Positions 38,722 through 50,598 of a stretch of DNA of 64,000 nt are shown here, in pieces. The first letter of the stretch is position 1, and each line of letters begins with the position of its first letter. Below the pieces are notes generated by a model. That model saw only the letters and a list, made by a program, of their open reading frames with translations, ran no database searches and was not told where the DNA came from. The stretch comes from Octopus vulgaris (lineage: Eukaryota). Made by a program: the position numbers and the translations under genes. The stretch lies in NCBI GenBank assembly GCA_951406725.2, contig OX597818.1:15128001-15192000 (forward strand), written 5' to 3'.

Positions 38722-39700
38722 TTTAACTCAGGTTTTGCTGAAACTGCTGAAGTCTTGCATGCATAGTGGGCTTGCTGCTTGCAGCCTATAGCACCAAGCT
38801 ATCTGTTCTTTTCAACTATTTAATATTTTTGTGATTATTCCGGCCATGTGAAAGAAGCAAATCTTTTGTAACAGTTCTACTAGGCACTCTATTCCAATTC
38901 CTCTTGATGCCTTCTGATACTGTTCCCAAGGACCCAACAATAATTGACACTATCTTCACCTTCTTCATTTCCATAGCTGGGCTATTTCATACTTAAGAGG
39001 GTTGTATCTATCCATCTTTTCGCCTTCCTTCTTGACTATTCGTGGGTCAAAGAGGCATGCAACATCAACCATATGGCATATGTGGTCACCTTGTCCACAC
39101 CCACTAAGTCCAGTCAGTTATGTCCTAGCACCTGATCTGTTTGGATTGGGAAATCCCAGAGGCTTTTGCTAGTCTCCGACTCTGCCACTCTCTGTGGCTT
39201 GTGCTCATACCACATCTTGCCTCTCTCTAATCCCCACTTTTCACAGTTAGTGAAAGTGCAGCACTTTCACTACCTGGTCATGTCACCACAACTTGTAGTG
39301 GTTTTGGGCAAGTCTAGGGTATTCGTTCATGATATGGGCAATAGTTTCATCCACTCTATTGTAGATGCAGCACAGCAGAGACACTTGCTCATTCCTCAGG
39401 TTGACCCTCCAGTTTGTGGCCAGAGCTTGGTCCTGCACTGCCAGTGTAATGTTCTTGGTCTCTTTTTTTAGGGTTCCTTTCATAACCCAATCCCACCAAT
39501 TATTTCTAGTAACTTCTGTTGTGGCTACATGAAATTGATTGTGTAGTCTCTTCTTGCATAATATTTCTTCATGTCCTTTTAGTACTTCTTCCTTTGTTTT
39601 CCATTTTTCTCTGCTCTCAAAATCCTTTCATTCCTAACTGTCACTAGCAAAGTTTCCTTTCTTTGGGCTAGGTATCTCATTAAGCTCTTGAGTTTGGTTA
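38720..39700 (-). mobile_element. RLE LINE, 3' part, decayed
   Basis: LKKETKNITLAVQDQALATN...CCIYNRVDETIAHIMNE; 3' end abuts (ATT)n at 38689-38720. Confidence 0.8.
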
Positions 39701-39889
39701 TTATTTTTAAAAATTTTAATCTGCATGTTTGCTACAATCACTTGCTGAGACACACCCAGCATCCTGGGGAAGGTGAAGGGTAAGAGATGTTACAGTATGA
39801 CTGAAAGTTTGGAGAGGGAATGGCAAGGGCAGTAGCAAAATATCTTCTTGTAATACAACACAGACAATTAAATGGATAGGGTTTTGCTA

Positions 39890-40360
39890 AGGATGTGGGC
39901 AGTATTTGTCAGCACAAACTTTTGATTTCTCTGAGACATGGTTCTCCGGGGATGTTACTTAGATGTTTCTGACATCCCTTTTTTATGACATCCCTTTTTT
40001 ACCTAGGGCACCAACAGTAACAGGAACAGTTCTTGCTTTAAGATGCCACATCTTTTGCATTTCAATTTCCAGGTGCTTACATTTACTTAATTTGTCGAAT
40101 TCTTTTACAGATATAATTTTACAGTGATAACACTTACATCTATTAGTCTGCAAGTATTTTCTTCCCTGTCTTTAATAATTATATCTGGTCAATTAGCTTG
40201 TATCATTCAGTCATGTTGACTGGAAAATCTCCAGAGGATAGTGACATTTTTACCTTCAATGACTGGCTCAGGATGATATTCATACTAGTAAGCAGGAGTG
40301 CTGAGTTTGTAGTGTTTACATATTTTACAATGTAAATACTGTCCTACCCTATCATGGCGA
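39890..40360 (-). mobile_element. RLE LINE endonuclease fragment
   Basis: - strand RHDRVGQYL...EIEMQKMWHLKARTVPVTVGALG, homologous to 9500-9980; (ATT)n at 40361-40392. Confidence 0.8.
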
Positions 40361-40391
<31 letters not shown>

Positions 40392-40392
<1 letters not shown>

Positions 40393-41252
40393 GGCAAGTG
40401 AAAATCAAATCAAATCAAAACAAATCAAAATAGATGAACATCAATGGAATTTGTATCTTTGTGGTACCAGTGCCGGTGGCACACAAGAAAACCATCCGAA
40501 CGTGGCGGTAGCCAGTACCACATCGACTGGCCTCCGTGCTGTGGGCACGTAACAAACTCCATCCGATCGTGGCCGTTCACCAGCCTCATCTGGCACCTGT
40601 GTCGGTGGCACATAAAAACACCATCCGAAGACCCGGCAAGACTAGTCAGGTCATAACCCGTGGCCCCTACCTGGGACGTAGTCAGTCCACCTGTGCATAC
40701 CTTCCTTCTTGTGACACTTGTGAAGACCTGTTGAGGCAAGTGAAAATCAAAACAAATCAAAATAGATGAACATCAATGGAATTTGTATCTTTGTGGTACC
40801 AGTGCCGGTGGCACACAAGAAAACCATCCGAACGTGGCCGTAGCCAGTACCGCATCGACTGGCCTCCGTGCTGTGGGCACGTAACAAACACCATCCGATC
40901 GTGGTCATTCGCCAGCCTCATCTGGCACCTGTGTCGGTGGCACATAAAAACACCATCCGAGCGTGGCCGTCTGCCAGCCTTGTCTGGCACCTGTGTCGGT
41001 GGCACATAAAAAACACCATCTGAGCGTGGCCGTTCGCCAGCCTCGTCTGGCACCTGTGTCGGTGGCACATAAAATCACACACTACACTCTCGGAGTGGTT
41101 GGCGTTAGGAAGGGCATCCAGCTGTAGAAACACTGCCAGATCTGACTGGCCTGGTGCAGCCTTCGGGCTCCCCAGACCCCAGTTGAACCGTCCAACCCAT
41201 GCTAGCATGGAAAACGGACGCTAAATGATGATGGTGATGATGATGATGATGA
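40392..41252 (+). mobile_element. Young RTE-associated 3' UTR, partially duplicated in tandem
   Basis: About 40415-40630 repeats almost exactly at 40747-40960; 52-53 bp GTCGGTGGCACATAAAAACACC units; (GAT)n tail. Confidence 0.8.
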
Positions 41253-41782
41253 TTATTATTGGGTGAGAGAGTGGTGCATGCCATCAAAGTGACACTGGGG
41301 TAAAATATACAAAGCCCAGTTCACCCATCATGACTACCCATCTGATAAGGGTACACCAGGCACATGCATCACAACCATATGTGCGTGACATGGTGATCTC
41401 ATATCAAGATAAACAGCACATGACCTTGCAGGTGGGGCCCAGTTAGAATTTTCTTCTGGTCGAGTAAACCATCCTGCTCAAAAGGTCCCTGAATAAGGTT
41501 TGTTTAAGGATGTTGAACAAAACACCCATGTTTCCAGAGGTGAATTATTCAAACCCCAAAGAATTCATTTCCAGACATGGCTATGATGCTCCCCCACTAC
41601 TTCTGCTCGTGATCAGAGATGCACATATCGTCAGCCACTAAGGGACATGCTCAACTAGTTAAGGTCAAACAACAAACAAGCAAATCTGTGGTATTGAACA
41701 GAATATTTGCTGTAGCCCATCTTTTATACCAAGACGAAACAATGTATATGAGAACACCTCCAATCAGTTTATTATTATTATT

Positions 41783-43235
41783 CTATGTTTGACTTTCGCT
41801 TTATATTTGCACAAGCTGGCTCCAAGTCTCACCCAGAGACCTCAAGAGACAACAAGTTGGAAGTTCATGTTGGTGTTATGCCTAGGGTGCCATATATTTG
41901 GTTTTGTACTTAGTGTTGTACTAGTGAATGCCTAAAAAACCATACAAAAATTATGTTTGTTTTCAAACTTGAGATTACAAAGAAAGTATTTTGCGTACGA
42001 TATGAGCAGTCCCCATGAGCACTATCTTTTGAATTTCTGCCTTTTTTGGGTTTCCTGGTATCTGAGTTAGGTAGCAGTCAGCCCCTTTTGCTATCTTTCC
42101 CAGGGCACCCATGACAACAGGTATTGTTTTAGTCTTCAGGTTCCACATTTTGCTGATTTCTATTTCCAGATCTTTATATTTGCTCAGTTTTTGGTAGGTC
42201 TTGACAGATACGTTTATATCGATTGGGACAGTCATATCAATGAGGAGGCATGTTTTTTGTCTGAAGTCTTTTACTATGATGTCTGGCCTATTCGCGTCTA
42301 TCTTTCTGTCAGTTTGAATGGTGAAGTTCCAGAGGAGTGAGATGTGGTCATTTTCAAGCACTGGGGGTGGTTTGTGTTCCCACCAGGTTTATCATGGGGC
42401 AAGTTCAGGCTTTTGCAAATTACCCAGTGAATATATTGTGCAGCTCTATCATTTCCTGTTGAGATACTCTGTAGGCGCAAGAAGACTGCACTTGGAGACA
42501 ACATGATCAATGGTTTCATTTTGTTGTTGACATAAACAACATGTTGGGCTACTACTGTTCTTTAATATGTTGGCCTGGTAGTTCCTCATAGGTAGGCATT
42601 GATCTTGAGCTGCTATGATAAACCCTTCTGTTTCAGATTTTAAGCCAGAGGCCATTAGCCATTGATGGGTCAGGACTTTGTCAACATCTGCATTATTCAC
42701 TCTCTTTGGGTATTTGCCATAGAGAGGTTTTTCTTGCCATTTATTATTCAGAATATCTAAGGCAGCAGTTTTAGCACGGGTTTTCATGCGCTTAGCTTTT
42801 TCTGTGCTTGTTTCTTGTGTGTCTAATTCCGGAATTTGTTGTATTCGGAATTCACTTAGATATTCCTTTGCCTGTTTTGTTACTGAGTATGATGCTTTCT
42901 TGTTTTCATGTTTTGAGACAAGTTTTAACATCCAGTCCTCAGAGTTTTTCAGGTAGGTGTCTAGGCCAATTGTAGCAACCTTCATTGTTATTGCCAGTTG
43001 CACAAGCCCACGGCCTCCCTCTTTTCTTGGTAGATAAAGTCGATCTATATCTGCCTTAGGGTGGTGCATTCTATGCATTGTTAACAGTTTTAGTATTTTT
43101 CTGTCAAGATTACATATTTCAGTAATTGACCAGTTAACGATATTGAAACTGTAAGTCACGACTGGTATGGCTAAAGCATTGATCGCTTCGATCCTGTTTC
43201 TTGCATTCAGCTCTGTCTTGAGTATTGCTCTTACT
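41783..43235 (-). mobile_element. Dong/R4-like RLE LINE, 5'-truncated
   Basis: ORFs 42449-43159 and 41975-42361: HHPKADIDRLYLPRKEGGRGL, LKSETEGFIIAAQDQ, C..C...ETIDHVVSKC, NRPDII...IDMTVP...KYKDL; (ATT)n on both flanks. Confidence 0.92.
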
Positions 43236-43249
43236 CATCATCATCATCA

Positions 43250-43321
<72 letters not shown>

Positions 43322-43322
43322 G

Positions 43323-43493
43323 GTTTGGGACTTTGAAACAATGGATACAGCTGATTCTGTTGATGAGTCTGGGATGTTTATAATGGAGCCCATGAATGAA
43401 TTAAAAGTTGGTGCTCAGCAAAATGTACAGCTTTATTGCATGAGAAGACAAGAAGAACAGGAAGAACAAGATGCAGTGTTATGGTATGCTCAG
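43323..43493 (+). CDS. CFAP44: CFAP44-like coding exon 6
   Basis: VWDFETMDTADSVDESGMFIMEPMNELKVG...LWYAQ continues GYIR in phase 0; acceptor is (TTA)n-G; donor CAG|GTTTGT. Confidence 0.92.
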
Positions 43494-43970
43494 GTTTGTT
43501 GCTGTTTTCCATTTCCATTTATGTTATTTATCCAGTATGACAAATTAAATTAATTAACCTTCAGCCAGTAACATCAAGTTCTGTATACCACAACATTTGG
43601 TACCTATACTTAACAGGTTTACAAAGTTTAATAATAACTGGTTGCTGGAGTTTGTACAGTAAATGTCAATGCAGGATAAAATATTTAGTACTGTTAGCTA
43701 AAAAAAAATCATGCTGTTTCACAGAGTCTCTCTCTCTCTCTCTCTCTCTCTGCTGGAAGATAGTGGATCGATTAGTAAGCAGAGTGGTTGAGAAATATGT
43801 TGGTTGGTAGAGAACTTAGCAGTTCAGCAAAAGAGTTTGATAGAATAAGTACTAGGCTTACAAAAATAAGTCATTGAGTCGATCTCTTCAACTGAAAAAC
43901 CTTTTAAAGTTGTGCTCCAGCATAGCCACAACCAAACGACTGAAACGAGTGAATGTATAAATGAATAAAC

Positions 43971-44021
<51 letters not shown>

Positions 44022-44039
44022 TATGTATATATATACTCC

Positions 44040-44687
44040 ACTTGTGAAGACCCGTTGAGGCAAGTGGAAATCGAAAATCGGAAATCAAAATCAAAATCAA
44101 ATGACATCAAATCAAATCAGAAATCAGAACCAAAATCGAAGTCGATCAACATCAATGGAAATTGCAGCTGCGATACCAGTGCCGGTGGCACGTAAAAAGC
44201 ACCACCCGACCGTGTCCGTTGCCAGCGCCGCCCCGACTGGCCCCCGTGCTGGTGGCATGTAAAAAGCACCATCCGATCGTGGCCGTTGCCAGCCTCACCT
44301 GGTCCCCGTGCCGGTGGCACGTAAAAAGCTTCACCCAACCGTGTCCATTGCCAGCGCCACCCCGACTGGCCTCTGTGCCGGTGGCACGTAAAAAGCACCA
44401 TCCGATCGTGGCCATTGCCAGCCTTGCCTGGCCCTGTGCCGGTGGCATGTAAAAAGCTCCATCCATCTGTGGCCGTTTGCCAGCCCTGTCTGGCACCTGT
44501 GCGGGTGGCACGTAAAAAGCACCCACTACACTCACGGAGTGGTTGGCGTTAGGAAGGGCATCCAGCCGTAGAAACACTGCCAGATCAGACTGGGCCTGGT
44601 GCAGCCTTCTGGCTTCCCAGACCCCAGTTGAACCGTCCAACCCATGCTAGCATGGAAAGCGGACGCTAAATGATGATGATGATGATG
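44040..44687 (+). mobile_element. RTE-associated 3' UTR with minisatellite array
   Basis: Seven GTGCCGGTGGCACGTAAAAAGCACC-like units with 50-60 bp period; (GAT)n tail. Confidence 0.8.
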
Positions 44688-44709
44688 ATATATATATATA
44701 TATATATAT

Positions 44710-45245
44710 ACATCATCATCATCATCGTTTAATGTTCGTTTTCCATGCTGGCATGGGTTGGTCAGTTTGACTGAGGACTGGTAAGCCAGTTGGGTGGCAT
44801 TGGCATCGCCCACACTCGAATGATGCTTTTTATGTGCCACCAGCACTGGCATTAGCCATGCTAGAATGGTGTTTTTTATGTGCCACCAGCACAGGTGCCA
44901 GTCAGGCGGCACTGACATTGGCTATGACAACAATTTCACTTGACTCAACAGGTCATCTCAAGCACAGCATATTGTCCAATGATTGATGGGTACTTTCAAA
45001 CAAGCTGGCTATGCAATACTGACATCAGCCATGGCTATGATCTCACTTGGCTTGCCAGTTCTTCTTGAGCCTAGCATATCTCCAAAGGTCTCGGCTGCTT
45101 GTCGTTGCCTTTGTGAGGCCCAATGTTCACCACCTCATCCCAGGTCTTCTTGGGTCTACCTCTTCCATAGATTCCCTCCACTGTTAGGGTGTGACACTTT
45201 TTCACACAACTGTACTCATCCATCTGAAAAACATGACCTTGCCAG
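44710..45245 (-). mobile_element. RTE LINE 3' fragment, tail-to-tail with the previous element
   Basis: Reverse complement of 4190-4500-like sequence (CATCCCAGGTCTTCTTGGGTCTACCTCTTCC); (CAT)n tail. Confidence 0.75.
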
Positions 45246-45769
45246 CACTGTCATCTTGCTGGTGGTGATGGTAGTGGTGGTGGTGGAGGGAAGAGGGGAG
45301 GGAAGGAGCAGGGGAAGTGAGGAGGAGGAGCGGGATGCCTGTATATTGGAGCAGTTGATAGAAACTAGTTTGTCATGTCTCCATTGGAAGATGTTTTTGA
45401 GGTCTCTCTATATTGGTTTCAAATTTTAGCACAAGGTCAACAAGTTCATGGGAGAAAGTAAATCGATTACATGGATCCCAGTACTCAACTTGCACTTATT
45501 TCATTAACTCTGAAAGGATAGAAAGCAAAGTCAACCTTGGTGAAACTTGAACTCAGAATGGAAAGACACACAAAATGTCACCAAGCATTTTGCCCAGTGT
45601 GCTGACAAATCTCTGTCAGCTCAACACCTTAAGGTCTCTGTATATTGAAATAGTACATCTCTGACAACAGATATCTCAATAACTTGCACTTAATGCTTAT
45701 ATGTAGGGAAGGCTTTCTAGCAGTGAAAATAAATACCTTCTCAAAGGAGGTTGTGAAGATGATTTGTGA

Positions 45770-46310
45770 CTGTTGCTTCCCAACCACATGGCTCCCGGTT
45801 CAGTTCCACTGCATGGCCTCTGGGGCAGGTATCTTCTACTATAGCCTTGGACCAACCAAAGCCCTGTGTGTGGATTTGGTAGACAGAAACTGAAAGAAGG
45901 CAGTGAGCTGGCAGAAACGATAGCACACCAGGCAAGATGCTTAGCGGTATTTCGTCTACCGTTACATTCTGAATTCAAATTCTGCCAAGGTTGACTTTGC
46001 CTTTCATCCTTTCGGGGTCGATAAATTAAGTACCAGTTACACACTGGGGTCGATGTAATTGACTTAATCCCCTTGTCTGTCCTTGTTTGTCCCCTCTATG
46101 CTTAGCCCCTTGTGGGCAATAAAGAAATAAGAAACTGAAAGAAACCTGTCATACGTGTGTGTGTGCCCTTGTGTCTGTGTTTGTCTCCCATAACTGCTTG
46201 GCAACTGGTGTTGGTGTGTTTATATCCCCATAACTTAGCATTTCAGCAAAAGGGACTGATAGAATAAGTACCAGCCTAATGACTGAAACAAATAAAAAAT
46301 AAAAGATAAA
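45770..46310 (+). mobile_element. SINE family A interrupted by a nested SINE family B (about 45897-46140)
   Basis: AGAAACTGAAAGAA occurs on both sides of the family B insert, like a TSD. Confidence 0.75.
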
Positions 46311-46439
46311 TCTTGATGGGCACCAGATTTGGTAAAATTTAGATGTAGGTTAGATTTCTGTTGTCTCATACTGCAGTGAGACACTGTCACATATTTCCCA
46401 GTCTGCTATCTTTCAGTGGTTCTTTATTTTTATTTCCAG

Positions 46440-46587
46440 GATGCTAATGGAGGCATTTGGGAGTTAGATCTTACCTTTTCTCACACATCTCGGGTACCAA
46501 AAAAACTGTTTTCCTTTCATGCTGGATCTATAAAAGCTATAGACTGTTCTCCAATAGCTAACCTGTTGGCTACAACTGGTGTGGACC
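46440..46587 (+). CDS. CFAP44: CFAP44-like coding exon 7 (not in the ORF track)
   Basis: TTTCCAG|DANGGIWELDLTFSHTSRVPKKLFSFHAGSIKAIDCSPIANLLATTGVD; donor C|GTGAGT, phase 1. Confidence 0.93.
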
Positions 46588-46681
46588 GTGAGTAACCTTC
46601 AGTTTTCATTCGTACTCCAAAACTAACAAAAAACAAACAAATATAACATATCAGTAGTTAAGTGGAGATGTATTATTATTT

Positions 46682-46943
46682 GTGTCATCTCTTGTGAAAG
46701 GTAGGAGAGTCCAGTTTGCTGGACATTGTTGTAGAGCTGAAAACGAGGCAATTTCTACCCTTCTCCTCTGGAAGCCATCTACTCGCAATACCAGAGGGTG
46801 CACACTCTCCTACCCTGATGTAATCTCCAGGGATACAGGCATCCAGCAACAGGACCTCCGTAATGCTATGATGGACCGTGAAGTCTGACGTAGCATGGTA
46901 AATTCCATTGTCTCGACCACGGTCGAACAATGATGATGATGAT
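46682..46943 (+). mobile_element. LINE 3' end (RTE/RTEX-like) with (GAT)n tail
   Basis: RRVQFAGHCCRAENEAISTLLLWKP...LRNAMMDREV. Confidence 0.7.
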
Positions 46944-47399
46944 TATATGACAGATTTAAAATGAAAATTTTTATCACAACCATCAGAGCATAAAACTCTT
47001 AGTTCATGAGATGGTTGTGATCTGTAAACAGTTTTGAGTAGGAACCAGAAAGAGAAGTATGAACATGCAATGTGCATGTGCACACTGAATTCATAAAACA
47101 GAAGAGAAAAATAAATATGCAATATGCATGTCAAAATAAAATGGAAGAGAAGAATAAAAATGCAATGACAAACAAGTTATATGATGGTCTGCATGCCATG
47201 TCTAACACCACTATCATGCAGCTTTGCTGTAATTTTCTTGTTAGGGATAATTTTCTTTCTGATTGTTAATAGATCAGTCATGGGTTTGTATATGGTGATT
47301 CTGTTTCTTTTGTTTCACTGCTTTGGTCTTTATATAATCAGCTTTTCTCTTGTGAATTGTTGTTTAACATTCTACAAAAGTTACTTATGAAAAGTATTC

Positions 47400-48092
47400 T
47401 TGTTAGCATTGATAAGTATGTCACTAAAATTAGCAGATATGTCACAATATTTGGTCCGTATGTCACTAGAAGTGGTTGGTATGTGTCACTAGAATTAGTA
47501 GGCATGCATCGTTAAAGTTGATAGTAGTAACAATTAGAGTTGATAGTAGTAACAATTGTTAGATGGGTCGCTAGAATTGGTAGGTGTATCACTAGAATTG
47601 ATGCATGTGCCATAGAATTTGTGTCACTAGAATTGGTAGATATGTCACTAAAATTAGTAGGTGCGTCATTAGCATTGATAGATGTGTCACTAATATTGGT
47701 ATGTGTGTCACTAGAATTGGTAGGTGTATCACTAACATTGATAGGTGTGTCCCTGTCCCTAGAATTGATACATGTGTCATAGAATTTGTGTCACTAGAAT
47801 TGGTAGGTGTGTCACAAAAATTAGTAGATGTTTCATTAGAATTGATACATGTGTCACAAGAATTGGTAGATATATCACTAGAATTGATTAGTGTGTCACT
47901 AGCATTGTTATGTGAGGCACTATAATCAATAAGTCACTAAAATGGATACAAGTAACATTAGAATTGATAGTTGCATTATTAGAATTGGTTGATGGGTCAC
48001 TAGAATTGACAATGTCATTAGAATTGGTAAATGTATGTCACTAGAATGATTAGGTGTGTCACTTGAATTGTTGTGTCACTAGAATTAGTAGG
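47400..48092. repeat. Degenerate 21-bp minisatellite (GTGTCACTAGAATTGGTAGGT-like)
   Basis: Roughly 30 units; 7-aa periodicity (VSLELVG) in the overlapping ORFs. Confidence 0.9.
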
Positions 48093-48642
48093 TTTATCTC
48101 AAAAACCAGGCTTTGATAGCATGAACCCAATTGGAAATATAAAAAAAGAAAACAGAAAATGTGTATGATGGAGTGTTTATAAGTTGGGAGATGAACATTT
48201 GAGTTATGGACCTTTGTTTCTCAGAAAAATCTCTTCCTAAATGTTTGTGCCTACTTCGTATCACAGCAAGAACAACATAATGATCCAGTGGAAATTGTTT
48301 ATATGGTTGCTTAACTTGATATAGCAGCCAAATTTATCTCAATTCACACCCAATCATCTTTAAGCAAGATAGCCATATTCGATAATACAGTCCTAGACAC
48401 ATTGTCTGTGCATACATGTGTGCGTGTGTGTTTGCAAATTCACACATACATACATACATATATGTATGTGTGTATATCATTATTCAGTTTTATTGTAAGA
48501 TTTCTTGCCAATAGAGAAAGAGTTGGTTTCTAACCTAGATCCAAGGCTCCTTCATCAACAGAGTATTTTTGTATGTATGTTTATGTGCAATATTTGGAGT
48601 CCATACATGTGCAGATTTTGTATATTTTGTTTTATGGATGTA

Positions 48643-49911
48643 TTAGGTTGGCAACTAAGTTCCTGCCGTCTTTTTTAAATTTAAATTTTTTAAAAGGTTT
48701 AATAAAAAATAACAACTAATTAATCAATAATGTATTCACCCTTGTTGTTTACAATTTCTCCCAAACATTCAACAAGATTCTCAATACCTCATTGGTAGAA
48801 ATCACCAGATTTCGACTCAGAATTCTGCATCAGTATTGAACAAAACTCCACGCATAGCATTTGAAAGAGATTGAAAGAGGTGGAAATCCATTGGTACCAA
48901 ATCAGGAGAGCATGGCGGGTATGGCAGCACTTTCCAGCCATGCATTTGAATGGCTTCCTTAGTCATAATGGCGATGAGGGTGGGCTTTGTTGTGCAGCAG
49001 AAGAACTCTGTGCTGACGATTAGGTCTTTTCTCTTGAATAGCCGTGTTGAGTTGTTCCATCTGTTGAACATAGAGTCCCGCATTGACCGTTTGGCTCTGT
49101 TCAAGCAATTCGTAATGGATAATCCCTTCCCAGTCCCACCATACGCATAACATCATTTTACATGAATGAAGATCTTGTTTCACATGCAGTGTCGCTTGTC
49201 TACCAGGGCTAAGCCATTCCTTATGCTGTTTCATATTCATGTACAGGCACCATTGTTCATCACCAGAAACGATTCGGTAAAGAAATCGTTGCTTGTGTCC
49301 ATGAATTGAGTGTTGACGTGCAAGAAAACCAGTGGAGATTGTAGCTCATTGATTTTTGTTGTTGTCACTTAAAGCATGCGGAACCCATGCTCCATACTTC
49401 TGAACCTTTCCCATCGAGTGAAGATGCTTCTCTATAGCAGTGTTGGAGCATTTCCTTTTCTCCGCTAGTTCCCTTGTCATTTGACAAGAATTTTCATGCA
49501 AAAGTTGGTTTAATTGCTCTTCATCGAACTCAACAAGTCAGCCAGAACGAGGTGCGTCTTTGAGGTCAAAATTTCCATTTCTGAACTTGGCATACCAATC
49601 ATGAGTGGTTCTTTCAGCTATGGCACCCTCTCCATACACAGCACAAATGTCGTGAGCAGCTTTTGTGGCCTTAGAACCTTGATTAAAAGCAAAAAGAAGT
49701 AGGTGTCAAAAATGCTCGTTTTTCTAAACTTGACATTCCATTTTAATGATCTGAAAATAAACAAAAATCAATTAAAATTAACTAGAAAAAAACAAAATAA
49801 ATTCCAAAATGATTCAAAAATAGAATTCTCGAAAAAAATAGATTAAAAAATTTAAAAGCACAATAAATTCCAAAATTTAAAAAAACAGCGGGAACTTAGT
49901 TTCCAACCCAA
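48643..49911 (-). mobile_element. Full-length decayed mariner (DD34D)
   Basis: TA|TTAGGTTGGCAACTAAGTTCC ... GGAACTTAGTTTCCAACCCAA|TA TIRs; WVPH, GDEQW, MLCVWWDWEGIIHYELL and PCSPDLVPMDFHLF motifs; frameshifted. Confidence 0.92.
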
Positions 49912-49913
49912 TA

Positions 49914-50545
49914 TTTTCATGCATATATTTGCATGTCTAGACATATGCATATATACTTAAATGATAAACTTCTGGAAAGTTTTACAGGTTTTTACAGTTC
50001 CAGTGATAGTTTGTATATGTAGTCTTTGAATCAGCTTTCTCCTTAATAGTTTTGAGAAGCCTAATTTCTTAAGATTGGTGCATTGGCAGTATGTTACCAA
50101 TCCCAATGCCCCAATAATTACAGGTATAAACCTGACTTGTAATCTGGGTAGAGTAACTGTTAACTTCTCAATAGTTCAGCATAGGTATTTTGTTTTTCCA
50201 CTGATCTTTAGCTTTATGTTAACATCTGCTGGGCAGCTGATTTCCCCTACTGTACACACTTTCTCTTCTTTATCCCAAATCATTATATCAGGTCTATTAT
50301 GTATACATAATATTAAGGTTTTCACTGGGATATTCCACCAATATAGCTTCCTATGGGTGGCTATGACTTCTACCATGCTGTGTGTTCTTATTTCTTTGAC
50401 CTCAAGATTATCATTCTGACGGATCTCATTTTACAGTGTCCTAGTTATAACATCATATCTCGCTGGTAGATAATACCATGATGACATTTTTGGACAACTG
50501 CTTATGATGTGATAATATCTCCAGTGTTATCTCCACAAAGTCTGT
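49914..50545 (-). mobile_element. RLE LINE 3' fragment; its 3' UTR probably continues at about 48478-48640 beyond the mariner
   Basis: YWWNIPVKT...HNRPDIMIWDKEEKVCTVGEISCPAD (PD-(D/E)xK endonuclease). Confidence 0.75.
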
Positions 50546-50564
50546 CAGTTATCAGTTTTGCTGC

Positions 50565-50598
<34 letters not shown>

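Noticed and set aside
44165-44530. CRISPR-like repeat-spacer pattern
   Set aside because: The spacers are homologous to each other, the array lies in a retroelement UTR in a eukaryotic intron, and there are no cas genes.
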